Assembly (NCBI GenBank): GCA_040768745.1 | Contig: JAXGMI010000003.1 | Span: 160,001-224,000 of the forward strand | DNA from: Desulfomicrobium sp. | GTDB taxonomy: Bacteria > Desulfobacterota > Desulfovibrionia > Desulfovibrionales > Desulfomicrobiaceae | Direction: 5' to 3' | DNA length: 64,000 bases | In this document: piece after piece, positions 54,128 to 64,000 of the stretch | Layout: each line of letters begins with the position of its first letter | Position numbering within the stretch: the stretch's first letter is position 1 | Notes under the pieces: model-generated | What the model was told of the DNA's origin: nothing | What the model saw: only the letters and a program-made list of their open reading frames with translations | Database searches by the model: none | Made by a program: the position numbers and the translations under genes

Positions 54128-55546
54128 TCAATATGCCGAAAGGCCTCCTTTCTCCTCCCAGCCTCCGCCCAGGGCAGCGAAGAGCTCCACCAGGGTGAAC
54201 TTCCGGGCCAGACGGACGGACAGCAGGTCCTGGCGGGCCGCAAACAGGGTCCGTTCGGCGTCATGCACCGCAAAAGCGCTTTCGAGTCCCGCCTGATAGC
54301 GCTGATCAACCAGGATTCTGCTCTGCCCGGCGCTGTGCACGCGCCGGGCTTGGGCCTCGACCTGTCCCGCGTACCCCTGATTTTTGGCCAGGGCATCGGC
54401 CACTTCCCGGAACGCGTTTTGAATGATTTGCTCGTACCGGGCAATGCGGATCTTCTGTTCCGCCTTGGCTGCGTCCAGCCTGGCCCTGTTCCGCCCCGCG
54501 TCAAAGATGGGCATGGTCACACTTGGCACGAAAGCCCAGGTCCGTTGGGCCGAGTCAAAGAGATCTGTCAGCTCCAGACTGACCAGGCCGGCCGTGGTGG
54601 TCAGACCGATGCGCGGGAAAAAAGCGGCCCTGGCCGCCCCGATCTCGGCCCCGGCGGCCCAGAGCAGATGTTCTGTTTCCAGAATGTCCGGCCGTCGGGT
54701 CAGCAGATCCGAGGGCAGACCAGGGGCGATGGATTCCCTGACGGCCACGTCGTCGATGACCTGGGCCGGCAGCTTCAGACCCGATACCGGAACCCCGACC
54801 AGGACGGCCAGGGCGTTTTCATCCATGGCCACCTGGGCCTTCAGACGGGCGACCTCGGCTTGGGCCACGGCCACGACTTCCTCCGCCTGATGGCGTTCCA
54901 GTTCCGTGGCCAGACCGTTGGCCAGCTTGGCCATGGTCAGGTCAAGGCTCGCCTGACGGCTTCTGAGGGTATCCCGGGACAAGGCCAGATTCTCGCGATC
55001 CCCGGCCAAGGCCAAATACACCCGGGCGATCTGCGATACCAGACTGATGTGTACCGCCCGTCGGGCTTCTTCCGTGGCCAGATACTGTTCCAGGGCCGAC
55101 TCCTCCAGGTTCCTCACCCGCCCGAAGAAATCCAGTTCAAAGGACGTGACCCCCAGACCCACACTCCACTGCCGGTCGATACCCTCGATCCCGCTGCGCA
55201 AATCAGCAGGGAACCGGGTCGTCGATGTCCGGCCCGAAGCGTCCACGTTTGGAATACGGTCGGCGCGGGCGATTCCGAACTGGGCCATGGCCTTGTCCAT
55301 GGCCAGGGCAGCCTGCCTGAGGCTTCTGTTCTCGTTCAGGGCAGTGCTGATGAGTTCCTGCAGGGCCGGGTCCAGGAAAACGTCACGCCAGCCCAGTTGC
55401 CCCACGTCACTCCCGGTGGCGTTGAATTGGGCCCGCTCGAGCCAGTCACCAGGCACCGGCATGTCCGGACGCTCCCGCTCAGGGGCCAAACTGGCGCAAC
55501 CAGTCAGAATCATGAGCATAAGGATCAGAATCAGTCTTCTTCGCAT
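54128..55546 (-). CDS. RND outer-membrane factor lipoprotein (OprM-like)
   Basis: ILTGC lipobox, [34 protein letters not shown]. Confidence 0.93.
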   Translation of the reverse strand: MRRRLILILMLMILTGCASLAPERERPDMPVPGDWLERAQFNATGSDVGQLGWRDVFLDPALQELISTALNENRSLRQAALAMDKAMAQFGIARADRIPNVDASGRTSTTRFPADLRSGIEGIDRQWSVGLGVTSFELDFFGRVRNLEESALEQYLATEEARRAVHISLVSQIARVYLALAGDRENLALSRDTLRSRQASLDLTMAKLANGLATELERHQAEEVVAVAQAEVARLKAQVAMDENALAVLVGVPVSGLKLPAQVIDDVAVRESIAPGLPSDLLTRRPDILETEHLLWAAGAEIGAARAAFFPRIGLTTTAGLVSLELTDLFDSAQRTWAFVPSVTMPIFDAGRNRARLDAAKAEQKIRIARYEQIIQNAFREVADALAKNQGYAGQVEAQARRVHSAGQSRILVDQRYQAGLESAFAVHDAERTLFAARQDLLSVRLARKFTLVELFAALGGGWEEKGGLSAY

Positions 55547-58500
55547 GGGTGGCCTCCCGGAATGATGGCTCGGCATGTGGTGTTTTTCGGATTCCTGCGG
55601 GAGATGCCCAGCCGGGCCACAATGACAAAGAAGACCGGAATGAGCAGGGAACCGACGATGGTGGAGGCGATGGTGCCGCCGATGACACCCGTCCCGATGG
55701 AGTTCTGCCCTCCGGATCCCGCCCCGGAACTGAGGGCCAGGGGCAGCACGCCCAGAGCAAAGGCCAGGGAGGTCATGAGAATGGGCCGCAGGCGCTGCCG
55801 GGCCGCCTCGACCACGGCCTGCATGAGCTCCATGCCGGATTCGGTCAGGCTTTTGGCGAACTCGACGATGAGGATGGCGTTTTTGGCCGCCAAGCCCATG
55901 GTCGTCAGCAGTCCGACCTGGAAGTACACGTCGTTGGTCAGACCGCGCAGGCTGACGGCCGCCAGGGCGCCGAGCACGCCGATGGGTATGACCAGGATGA
56001 CCGACGCGGGCAGACTCCAGCTTTCGTACAGAGCCGCCAGACACAAGAAGACCACGACGATGGAGAGCGTGTAGAGCATGAGTGTTTGCGATCCGGCCTG
56101 GCGTTCCTGAAAGGACAGGCCGGTCCAGGAATAGCCGATGCCCTCGGGTAGCTGTTCGGCCAGACTCTCCATGGTCGCCATGGCCTGGCCCGAGCTCTTG
56201 CCCGGAGCTGGCATGCCGAGGATCTGCATGGCCGGAACGCCGTTGTAGCGTTCCAGACGGGGCGAGCCTGATGTCCAGTGGGCCGTGGCAAAGCTGGACA
56301 TGGGCACCATCTGGCCTTCACGACCGCGCACGTGCCAGCGGCCAAGATCCTCCGGCATCATGCGGTAGGGCGCCTCGCCCTGCATGATGACTTTTTTCAC
56401 GCGGCCCTTGTCCAGAAAATCGTTCACATAGGAACTGCCCCAGGCCGTGGCGATGACGCTGGTTACGTCGGACACGGCCAGACCCAGGGCGCTGGCCTTG
56501 TCCCAGTCGATATCGATGCGGTACTGCGGCGTGTCGTCCAGGCCGTTGGGCCGGACCATGGCCAGATCTGGATGCTGGCTGGCCATGCCCAGGAGTTGGT
56601 TGCGGGCGGCCGTGAGCTTTTCATGGCCCAGGCCCGCCCTGTCCTGCAGTTCGAAATCGAAACCCTGTGCGTTGCCAAGTTCCAGGACAGCGGGTGGTGA
56701 AAACGCGAAAACTTGTGCGTCACGGAACTGTGAGAATACGGCCATAGCCCGCCCTGCAACGGCTTTGACCCTGAGACCGGGGCTCTTGCGCTGGCTCCAG
56801 TCCTTGAGACGAACAAAACACATGGCCGTGTTCTGGCCGCTGCCTGCAAAACTGAAGCCGGCCACGGCCATGAGTGATTCGATGGCATCCTTTTCACTTT
56901 CCAGGAAGTGATGTTCAATGCGCTCCAACACATCCAGGGTGCGCTCCTGGGTCGAACCGATGGGCAACTGGACCTGCACGAAGAGGATGCCTTGATCCTC
57001 GTCGGGCAAAAATCCCGTGGGCAGGCGCTGAAAAAGGAAGATCATGCCGCCCAGGATGAGGGCGAACAGAACCAGGGATCGTCCCCAATTCCGGGTCATA
57101 CCGCCGACCAGTCCCTGATAGCCTTTGGCCGTGCGGTCAAAACCACGGTTGAACCACCCGAAAAAGCCGCGCTTGCCTTGTCCGGACTTGGCCGGCTTGA
57201 GCATGGTCGCGCACAGGGCCGGGGTCAGGATCAAGGCCACCAGAACCGAAAGCACCATGGCCGAGACGATGGTGATGGAAAACTGCCTGTAAATCACGCC
57301 GGTAGAGCCGCCGAAGAAGGCCATGGGCACGAAGACTGCCGAGAGCACCAGGGCGATGCCCACCAGGGCCCCGGAGATCTGGGTCATGGACAGGTGGGTT
57401 GCGTCCCTGGCCGAGAGGCCGTCCTCGTGCATGATGCGCTCCACGTTCTCGACCACGACGATGGCGTCGTCCACCAGCAGGCCGATGGCCAGGACCATGG
57501 CGAACATGGTCAGGGTGTTGATGGAGAAGCCGAAGGCCGCCAGCACCCCGAAGGTGCCCAGGAGCACCACGGGCACGGCGATGGTCGGAATGAGGGTGGC
57601 GCGCAAGTTCTGCAGGAAGAGGTACATGACCAGAAAGACCAGGGCCACGGCTTCGAGCAGGGTGCGCACCACCTCCTCGATGGAGATGCGTACGAAGGGT
57701 GTGGTGTCGAAGGCAACCACCGCCTTCATGCCGACCGGGAAGGTCGGACTGATACTTTTAATATAGTTGTCAACGGCTTGCACGGTTTTGAGGGCGTTGG
57801 CCCCGGTGGCCAGCTTGATGGCCGTGGCTGCAGCCGGCTGGCCGCTGAATCGGGACACGACTTGGGAGTTTTCGGCTCCCAGCTCCACCTTGGCCACGTC
57901 GCCCAGCCGCACGGTGGATCCGTCTGTGTTCACCTTCAGCAGAATGTCCCGGAACTGCTCCGGGGTCTGCAGGCGGTCCTGGACGCTGACCGTGAAGTTG
58001 ATGCGCTGGTCCTCCACCGAGGGCAGGCCGCCCAGCTGCCCGGCCGAGACCTGGGCGTTCTGGGCCCTGATGGCCGCGGCCACGTCGGTTGGGGTCAGGC
58101 TGTAGGTGTGCAGTTTGTCGGGGTTGAGCCAGATGCGCATGGCGTGCTGGGACCCGAACAGGGTGACCTCGCCCACGCCCTCGACGCGACTCAGGCCGTC
58201 CAGGACATTGGCGGCCACGTAGTCGGCCAGCTGCGCCCTGGACATGGACCCGTCCTCGGACACGAAGCCCAGGACCTGCACGAAGTTCTTGACCGCCTTG
58301 GTGACCTGCACGCCCTGGGCCTGCACTTCCTGGGGCAGCAGGGCCATGGCCAGCTGCAGCTTGTTCTGCACCTGGACCTGGGCGATGTCGGGGTTGGTGC
58401 CGGCCTTGAAGGTCAGGGTGATGGTGGCCTGGCCCGAAGATTCGCTGGTCGAGGACATGTAGTCGAGGTTGTCGATGCCCTTCATCTTCTGCTCGATGAC

Positions 58501-58689
58501 CTGGGTCACCGCGTCTTCGAGCGTCTTGGCCGACGCGCCGGGATAGGTCGCGCTGATGGCCACGGACGGCGGGGCGATGGGCGGGTACTGCGAGATGGGC
58601 AGGCCGAAGATGGACAGGACGCCGGCCAGCATGGTGGTGATGGCCAGAACCCAGGCGAAGACCGGCCGGTTGATGAAAAAATGAGCCAT
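55531..58689 (-). CDS. acrB: AcrB/MexB-type RND efflux permease
   Basis: [51 protein letters not shown]. Confidence 0.92.
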   Translation of the reverse strand: MAHFFINRPVFAWVLAITTMLAGVLSIFGLPISQYPPIAPPSVAISATYPGASAKTLEDAVTQVIEQKMKGIDNLDYMSSTSESSGQATITLTFKAGTNPDIAQVQVQNKLQLAMALLPQEVQAQGVQVTKAVKNFVQVLGFVSEDGSMSRAQLADYVAANVLDGLSRVEGVGEVTLFGSQHAMRIWLNPDKLHTYSLTPTDVAAAIRAQNAQVSAGQLGGLPSVEDQRINFTVSVQDRLQTPEQFRDILLKVNTDGSTVRLGDVAKVELGAENSQVVSRFSGQPAAATAIKLATGANALKTVQAVDNYIKSISPTFPVGMKAVVAFDTTPFVRISIEEVVRTLLEAVALVFLVMYLFLQNLRATLIPTIAVPVVLLGTFGVLAAFGFSINTLTMFAMVLAIGLLVDDAIVVVENVERIMHEDGLSARDATHLSMTQISGALVGIALVLSAVFVPMAFFGGSTGVIYRQFSITIVSAMVLSVLVALILTPALCATMLKPAKSGQGKRGFFGWFNRGFDRTAKGYQGLVGGMTRNWGRSLVLFALILGGMIFLFQRLPTGFLPDEDQGILFVQVQLPIGSTQERTLDVLERIEHHFLESEKDAIESLMAVAGFSFAGSGQNTAMCFVRLKDWSQRKSPGLRVKAVAGRAMAVFSQFRDAQVFAFSPPAVLELGNAQGFDFELQDRAGLGHEKLTAARNQLLGMASQHPDLAMVRPNGLDDTPQYRIDIDWDKASALGLAVSDVTSVIATAWGSSYVNDFLDKGRVKKVIMQGEAPYRMMPEDLGRWHVRGREGQMVPMSSFATAHWTSGSPRLERYNGVPAMQILGMPAPGKSSGQAMATMESLAEQLPEGIGYSWTGLSFQERQAGSQTLMLYTLSIVVVFLCLAALYESWSLPASVILVIPIGVLGALAAVSLRGLTNDVYFQVGLLTTMGLAAKNAILIVEFAKSLTESGMELMQAVVEAARQRLRPILMTSLAFALGVLPLALSSGAGSGGQNSIGTGVIGGTIASTIVGSLLIPVFFVIVARLGISRRNPKNTTCRAIIPGGHPCEED

Positions 58690-58785
58690 GATATCTCCTT
58701 CTCTTTCCGGCTGGGGGCGCGGAATCCGTTCCCGTCCCGGCTGGGCCGGGGCAACGGGGAGCGGGTTCAGTAGCCTGAAGTAAAA

Positions 58786-59934
58786 CTAGTTGGCGGACTG
58801 GCGAATACGGACCTGGGTGCCCGGACGGGCCTTCTGCAGACCCTCGACCACCACGCGGTCGCCGGCGGCCAGGCCCTGACGCACGATCCAGTCACCGCCC
58901 ACGGCGCGGTCCAGCTGCAGGGGGCGGGCGGCGATGATATCCCCGGCGTCCACGACCATGGCCATGGCCTGACCCTGGGCGTTGCGGACCACGGCCTGCT
59001 GCGGGATGAGCATGGCTGCGGACAGCACACCCTCCTCGACAATGGCCCGCACGTACATGCCGGGCAGCAGGTCCCGCTTGGGGTTGGGAAAAACGGCCCG
59101 CAGGGTTACGGATCCGGTCCCCTGATCCACGCTGGCCTCGGCCAGCTGCAGGGTGCCATCATGCGCATAGTCCGTGCCGTCCTCGAGGATGAGGCGGACC
59201 TTTGTTGCCGACGTCCCGGAGGCCTGTACAGCTCCGGATTCCAGAGCCCTCTTCAGGCGTAAGAGTTCCACGTTGGATTGGGTCAGGTCGACATAGATGG
59301 GGTCGAGCTGCTGTACCGTGGCCAGGGCCTGAGCCTGATTGGCGGTGACCAGGGCCCCGGGGGTCACGGCTGAACGGCCGATGCGTCCACTGATGGGCGA
59401 GACCACCTTGGTCCGCTGCAGATCGATGCGGGTTGCTTCCAGTTCGGCTTGGGCCGAGGAGACATTGGCCTTGGCCAGGGCCAGGGCGGCCTGGACCTCG
59501 TCATGGTCCTGCTGGCTGACGGCTTTGGTCCGGATCAGTTCGGCATAGCGGACAGCCTTGAGGCGGGCAGGCTCCAGTTCGGCCTTGGCCTTGGCCACCG
59601 CGGCCGTGGCCCGGGCCACGGCCACCTCGTAGGTGTCGGGATCGATCTGGTACAGGAGTTGTCCGCTTTTGACTTCCGTGCCCTCGGCGAAGACCCGCTT
59701 CTGGATGATGCCGCCGACCTGGGGCCGGATTTCAGCCACCTGGTACACAGCCGTGCGTCCAGGCAGTTCAGACGTCAGCCGGACCTCCCGCTCCTGCATG
59801 GTCACCACGACCACCTCGGGGACTGGTTTGGCCGCGGCCGGGGTGGGCTGATCGGCCTGGGATGGTTTGTTCCAGGCCAGATATCCAAGGGAGACGACTG
59901 CCAGCACGGCAACGGAGACAAGTATCTTTTTCAT
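58786..59934 (-). CDS. acrA: AcrA/MexA-type membrane fusion protein
   Basis: ELPGRT…AEIRPQVGGII, SPISGRIGRS, QQLDPIYVD. Confidence 0.92.
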   Translation of the reverse strand: MKKILVSVAVLAVVSLGYLAWNKPSQADQPTPAAAKPVPEVVVVTMQEREVRLTSELPGRTAVYQVAEIRPQVGGIIQKRVFAEGTEVKSGQLLYQIDPDTYEVAVARATAAVAKAKAELEPARLKAVRYAELIRTKAVSQQDHDEVQAALALAKANVSSAQAELEATRIDLQRTKVVSPISGRIGRSAVTPGALVTANQAQALATVQQLDPIYVDLTQSNVELLRLKRALESGAVQASGTSATKVRLILEDGTDYAHDGTLQLAEASVDQGTGSVTLRAVFPNPKRDLLPGMYVRAIVEEGVLSAAMLIPQQAVVRNAQGQAMAMVVDAGDIIAARPLQLDRAVGGDWIVRQGLAAGDRVVVEGLQKARPGTQVRIRQSAN

Positions 59935-59998
59935 TCTTTCCTTCCTGCGCTGATTGCTGCGAACGATGTGCGCACAACTTCACTTCTGGTCAAAAAAA

Positions 59999-60595
59999 TC
60001 AGGGAGAAACGGCCCGGAGGAACATTTTCCAGTTGGCCTCGGCCTGGGTCTTGGGGTCTATCATGTCTCCCCTCCGGCTGAAGAGGATGGCAATGGTCAG
60101 GAACTGACCCAGAAATTGGATGAAAATCTGGTCAGCGTCGATGTCACGACGGATTTCCCCGTCCTCCTGCCCTTGCCGGATGATTGCGGAAACCTGCGCC
60201 TGGTGCAGCATGTGGTCGGACTGCAATCTCTCCCGCAGGTGTGGCTCCTCAATCCACAACGAGTCGGAAAGGAGCAGGTTGGGCAATGCCCGATATCGCT
60301 GGATGACGCTGACATGCAGATCATAGCAGCGCCGCAATTTGGTCAACGCCGAACCCGGTTCCTTGATGGCCATGCCTATGGCCTTGGTTTTGACGTCATC
60401 CAGCAGATCCAGGACACTGGCCAGGATATCGGCCTTCCCCCCGGAAAAATGCCTGTACAGAGCCGGGGGTGTCAGGCCAACGGACCTGGCCACGTTCCGC
60501 GCGGTGAGAGCGCCGACGCCCTGCTCCGCCACCAGTGCGAGAGCTGCCTCGGCAATCTGTTCACGCCGAATTGTCGTTGTCATACGTTTTGCCAT
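59999..60595 (-). CDS. TetR/AcrR family transcriptional regulator
   Basis: N-terminal HTH (VARSVGLTPPALYRHF). Confidence 0.92.
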   Translation of the reverse strand: MAKRMTTTIRREQIAEAALALVAEQGVGALTARNVARSVGLTPPALYRHFSGGKADILASVLDLLDDVKTKAIGMAIKEPGSALTKLRRCYDLHVSVIQRYRALPNLLLSDSLWIEEPHLRERLQSDHMLHQAQVSAIIRQGQEDGEIRRDIDADQIFIQFLGQFLTIAILFSRRGDMIDPKTQAEANWKMFLRAVSP

Positions 60596-60603
60596 GGCGC
60601 GCT

Positions 60604-60621
60604 AGTTAACGATCGTTCACT
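60604..60621. promoter_or_regulatory. TetR operator-like palindrome AGTTAACGATCGTTCACT overlapping promoter TTGACG-N16-TTAACT
   Basis: Near-perfect 18-bp palindrome; the -10 lies 8 nt before ATG with no SD, suggesting a leaderless mRNA. Confidence 0.7.
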
Positions 60622-60826
60622 TTGTCGTCAAGACAATTTATCCACTTTTTCTGCTGGAATTTGCAGGCCTGCCTGCAGGGGATGGCCCGATGTGCTGGTG
60701 CGTGGAGTTGGAAAAATGGGAATTCCATTTTTCCGGGAATGATTTTTGTGGTGCTGTGATCGGAGGCGATGGGGACGGGGAAAAGCCAGGGTTTTCTCTT
60801 GCAAGGTCTGAAAAATTCTTTTATTA

Positions 60827-60845
60827 GTTAAGAATAATTCCTAAT
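60827..60845. promoter_or_regulatory. PerR/Fur-type 9-1-9 inverted repeat GTTAAGAAT-A-ATTCCTAAT
   Basis: AT-rich 9-1-9 dyad (7/9 symmetric) directly upstream of rubrerythrin. Confidence 0.6.
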
Positions 60846-60867
60846 AAATAATAAAAGGAGAACATTG

Positions 60868-61362
60868 ATGAGTAAGACAACCGACAATCTGAAGACTGCC
60901 TTTGCCGGAGAATCCCAGGCCAACCGCAAATATCTCGCCTTTGCCAGGAAGGCTGAAGAGGACGGGCTGTCCCAGGTTGCCAAACTGTTCCGCGCCGCGG
61001 CAGAGGCGGAAACCATCCATGCCCATGCCCATTTGCGGCTCATGAAGGGGATCGGTACCACGGCCGAGAACCTGAAAGAGGCCGTGGCCGGGGAAACCTA
61101 CGAATTCAAATCCATGTATCCGGAAATGATCGCCGACGCCCAGGCCGAAGGCGAAAAAGCCGCCGAGCGCTATTTCGTCTTTGCCAACAAGGCCGAGGAG
61201 TGCCACGCCACCCTGTACGCCAAGGCGGCCAAGATGCTGGGGGACCTCCCGGCTGTGGACTACTATGTCTGCAGCGTGTGCGGCCATATTCACGAGGGTC
61301 AGCCCGCGGACAAATGCCCCATCTGCGGAGCTGCGCCCAAGGCGTACAACAAGGTGGCCTAG
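60868..61362 (+). CDS. rbr: Rubrerythrin
   Basis: AFAGESQA, ExxH di-iron motifs, CSVCG…CPICG rubredoxin domain; AAGGAG RBS. Confidence 0.95.
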   Translation: MSKTTDNLKTAFAGESQANRKYLAFARKAEEDGLSQVAKLFRAAAEAETIHAHAHLRLMKGIGTTAENLKEAVAGETYEFKSMYPEMIADAQAEGEKAAERYFVFANKAEECHATLYAKAAKMLGDLPAVDYYVCSVCGHIHEGQPADKCPICGAAPKAYNKVA

Positions 61363-61394
61363 ATACAGGCCTTTCCTCGGGCATTGGGTTCTGT

Positions 61395-61427
61395 CGCCGC
61401 ATCCCGGATCCGGGATGCGGCGTTTTT
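61395..61427 (+). terminator. Rho-independent terminator
   Basis: 28-bp perfect palindrome CGCCGCATCCCGGATCCGGGATGCGGCG plus TTTTT. Confidence 0.8.
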
Positions 61428-61458
61428 CATGGATCGCCCAGAAAAATGCCCGGCCCGC

Positions 61459-63066
61459 TCAGGTGTGCTGCTCTTTTCTGACCGGAGGGGCGGTGGGTCT
61501 TCCCTTGGCCTTGGTGAAGACGAGGCCGCCGTCCTTGCCTCTGCGGTTGAACATGGAAAGCACCTTCTCCGCCTCCTGGAACGGCAGCGAGACAAAGGCG
61601 AACGTCTCCATGATCTGGATGTCCCAGACCTTGCGGGACGGAATATGACAGTTCTCGTCCAGGAAGGTCAGCAGGCGTTTGGGGGTCAGACCATCCTTGC
61701 GTCCCTGGGCCACGAAGAGCCTGGTCTTGCCCTTCTTGTCCACCACGAAGGCGTCTTCGATCTCCTTGTAGTTGGACTCGTCCAGCTCCTCCTGGAACAT
61801 GTACTGCAACAGCGCGGCCAGGGTTTCGCGCGGCTTGCTCTGCTCCAGCAGCTCCTGGGCCATACCCAGAAATTCCAGCTCAGGCTCGGTGGCCACGATG
61901 GCCCTGAGTTCCGTCCTGATGCGATCCTTCTTCATCTTGATGACATCGCTGACCTTGGGCAGACGCGCCTTGCGGATGTCGGTCTTGGCCTGCTTGCTGA
62001 TGAACTGCAGGCGCCTGTATTCCGACGGCGTGATGAAGGTGATGGCGATGCCCTCCTTCCCCGCCCTCCCCGTGCGACCCACGCGGTGCACATAGGATTC
62101 CGGATCATGGGGCAGGTCAAAGTTGATGACGTGGGTCAGGTCATGCACGTCGATGCCCCTGGCGGCCACGTCCGTGGCCACCAGGATGGTCACCAGCCGC
62201 TTCTTGAACTTGCCGAGAATTTTTTCGCGCAGGCTTTGGGAAATGTCCCCGTGCAGGGCGTCGGCGTCATAGCCCCGTTCCATCAGACGCTGGGCCACCG
62301 CATCGGCGTCGATCTTGGTCCGGGCGAAGACCAGCCCGTAGAAGTCCTCTTCCATGTCGATGATCCGGCAAAGGGCCTCGAACTTGTCGCTGGCGGAAAC
62401 CTCAAAATAGATCTGGTCGGTCTGGTCGGCCGTGAGCTGCTCGGACACGGCCCGGATGACCTGGTACTCGCCCATGTACTTTTTGGCGATGCGCAGGATC
62501 TCGGGCGGCATGGTGGCGGAGAAGAGCATGGTCCGCTTGTCGGCATTGGTCTGCTCCATGATCTCGCGCACGTCGTCGAGAAACCCCATGTTCAGCATTT
62601 CGTCTGCCTCGTCCAGGATCAAAAAGCGAATGCCTGAAAGATCCAGGCTGCCCCGGCGCAAATGGTCGAGCACCCGGCCCGGAGTGCCCACGACCACGGA
62701 CACACCCCTTTTGAGGTTGCGGAGCTGGATCTCCATGGACTGCCCCCCATAGATGGGGGCGATGTGCACGGCCCGCCCGCCGCGCAGGGAATTGACTTCC
62801 TCGGCCACCTGGATGGCCAACTCGCGGGTCGGGGTCAGGACAAGGGCCTGCACGCTGCGCAGGCCTTCATCCAGAAGTTCCAGCAGCGGCAAACCGAAGG
62901 CGGCTGTCTTGCCCGTCCCGGTCTGAGCCTGGGCCACGATGTCATTGACCCCGGCCAATACGGCCGGAATGGTCTTGATCTGAATGGGGGTGGGCTCTTC
63001 GAACCCCTTGCGGGACAGAGCCTGGATGGTCAGGTCGGACAGACCCAAATCGGAAAAACTGGTCAT
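61459..63066 (-). CDS. DEAD-box RNA helicase with DbpA-type C-terminal domain
   Basis: AQTGTGKT, PTRELA, DEAD, SAT, HRVGRTGRAG. Confidence 0.95.
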   Translation of the reverse strand: MTSFSDLGLSDLTIQALSRKGFEEPTPIQIKTIPAVLAGVNDIVAQAQTGTGKTAAFGLPLLELLDEGLRSVQALVLTPTRELAIQVAEEVNSLRGGRAVHIAPIYGGQSMEIQLRNLKRGVSVVVGTPGRVLDHLRRGSLDLSGIRFLILDEADEMLNMGFLDDVREIMEQTNADKRTMLFSATMPPEILRIAKKYMGEYQVIRAVSEQLTADQTDQIYFEVSASDKFEALCRIIDMEEDFYGLVFARTKIDADAVAQRLMERGYDADALHGDISQSLREKILGKFKKRLVTILVATDVAARGIDVHDLTHVINFDLPHDPESYVHRVGRTGRAGKEGIAITFITPSEYRRLQFISKQAKTDIRKARLPKVSDVIKMKKDRIRTELRAIVATEPELEFLGMAQELLEQSKPRETLAALLQYMFQEELDESNYKEIEDAFVVDKKGKTRLFVAQGRKDGLTPKRLLTFLDENCHIPSRKVWDIQIMETFAFVSLPFQEAEKVLSMFNRRGKDGGLVFTKAKGRPTAPPVRKEQHT

Positions 63067-63297
63067 GATGCTTCCTCGCGAGCCGTGGGCCTCGCAGTCA
63101 GAATTGCCCGGCTCTGGAACCGGGCCCTCACCATGAGGCCGACTGTCCAAGACGGGAGATGCATTTCGGAAAAAACCGGATCTGGGGGCGAAAGCGCGTA
63201 AAAGACGGGTCGCAGAGGGGTAAAGCCCTTTGGGAAATGCCCAGGGCACATACGCGATGAACAGGGGCTTGGCAAGGTCAAAAAAACGGACGAATGG

Positions 63298-64000
63298 TCA
63301 GCGCTGCCAGGCGATAACGGCCAGACTCTCCAATTCCTCGGACAGGCCCAGGGCCTGGGTCATGGTTTCGCCCCAGCAGACCAAGCCGTGGTTGTCCATG
63401 AACACGGCCCCGAATTCCCGGCTGGCCAGGCCCACTGCCCTCCCCAGCTCGGACGTGCCGGGGGCGAACGCCGGGATGCGGGTCAACTTGGCGGCGAAAA
63501 CATGACCCTCGAAAAGCGGCAGGTTCAGCAACGGACCGTCCCCGCGCAGGGACAGCCCGATGAGCCTTGGGGGATGGGTATGCACAACCGCCTGGGCCTT
63601 GGGCTGGTTCCGGTACACTTCAAGATGCACTGCCAACTCCGAAGAGGGGCGGGCCGAGGACAGCGTCTTTCCGCTGTCCAGGTCGGCCACGGCCAGGTCC
63701 CGGGTTCCGAGATGCCCCTTGGCGCTGCCCGCGGCCGTGATGACCACGCGGCTTCCCTGGCGCATGCTGATGTTGCCGTTGAACCCTGCGAACAGGCCGC
63801 GCATCCAGCCGTCCCGCCCGGCCTGCAGGATGGCCTGTCCCATGTCCGGATTGACCAGGGCCGGAAAATCGCTCTGCCCTGGCCCACAGGCATTGTCCGG
63901 CTTGATGTCGATGACGGGCGTACCGTCGATGACCTCCAGGGGGTGGACCTGCAGGCGCAGACCCTCGCGGCCGGTGATGCGTACCGAGTGCAGCCCGATG
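63298..64000 (-). CDS. TrmO/TsaA-like domain fused to class II aldolase/adducin domain (5'-truncated by window edge)
   Basis: Frame open from 63999: IGLHSV…LEVIDGTPVIDIKP in frame with GNIS…PSSELAVH…HTH…NHG. Confidence 0.8.
   Translation of the reverse strand, partial: IGLHSVRITGREGLRLQVHPLEVIDGTPVIDIKPDNACGPGQSDFPALVNPDMGQAILQAGRDGWMRGLFAGFNGNISMRQGSRVVITAAGSAKGHLGTRDLAVADLDSGKTLSSARPSSELAVHLEVYRNQPKAQAVVHTHPPRLIGLSLRGDGPLLNLPLFEGHVFAAKLTRIPAFAPGTSELGRAVGLASREFGAVFMDNHGLVCWGETMTQALGLSEELESLAVIAWQR

Overview
A GC-rich bacterial window. Gene content (rubrerythrin, sigma54 regulators, TauE cluster, HD-GYP proteins) suggests a sulfate-reducing deltaproteobacterium such as Desulfomicrobium or Desulfovibrionales; this is inference. 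Core-like flanks are 1-8568 (PfpI peptidase, HD-GYP regulator and kinase, Na/Pi symporter with a Pho-box-like repeat, ppsA) and about 45700-64000 (DedA, a nonsense-interrupted methyltransferase, a sigma54/IHF-driven TauE cluster, AcrAB-OMF/TetR, rubrerythrin, DEAD helicase, TrmO-aldolase fusion). They enclose a roughly 37 kb mosaic accessory region with no integrase, tRNA or CRISPR. That region holds: (i) an envelope/periplasm module (pqiAABC, RND pump, DUF3313, DUF2092, Rap1a-like, glycine-zipper, a repeat-rich secreted protein, GH63+GH13) whose three promoter regions share a palindrome RGGACG-N6-CGTCCY and atypical sigma54 boxes, a candidate regulon of the co-encoded GAF/PAS sigma54 activator; (ii) a fluoride riboswitch directly upstream of an MFS transporter rather than a Fluc/CLC exporter; (iii) a Pseudomonas-like ColRS system with its ColR box ahead of an LTA-synthase/ArnT/phosphoesterase/LAB_N operon; and (iv) several gene scars. 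All family assignments come from motif recognition by eye; no searches were run.
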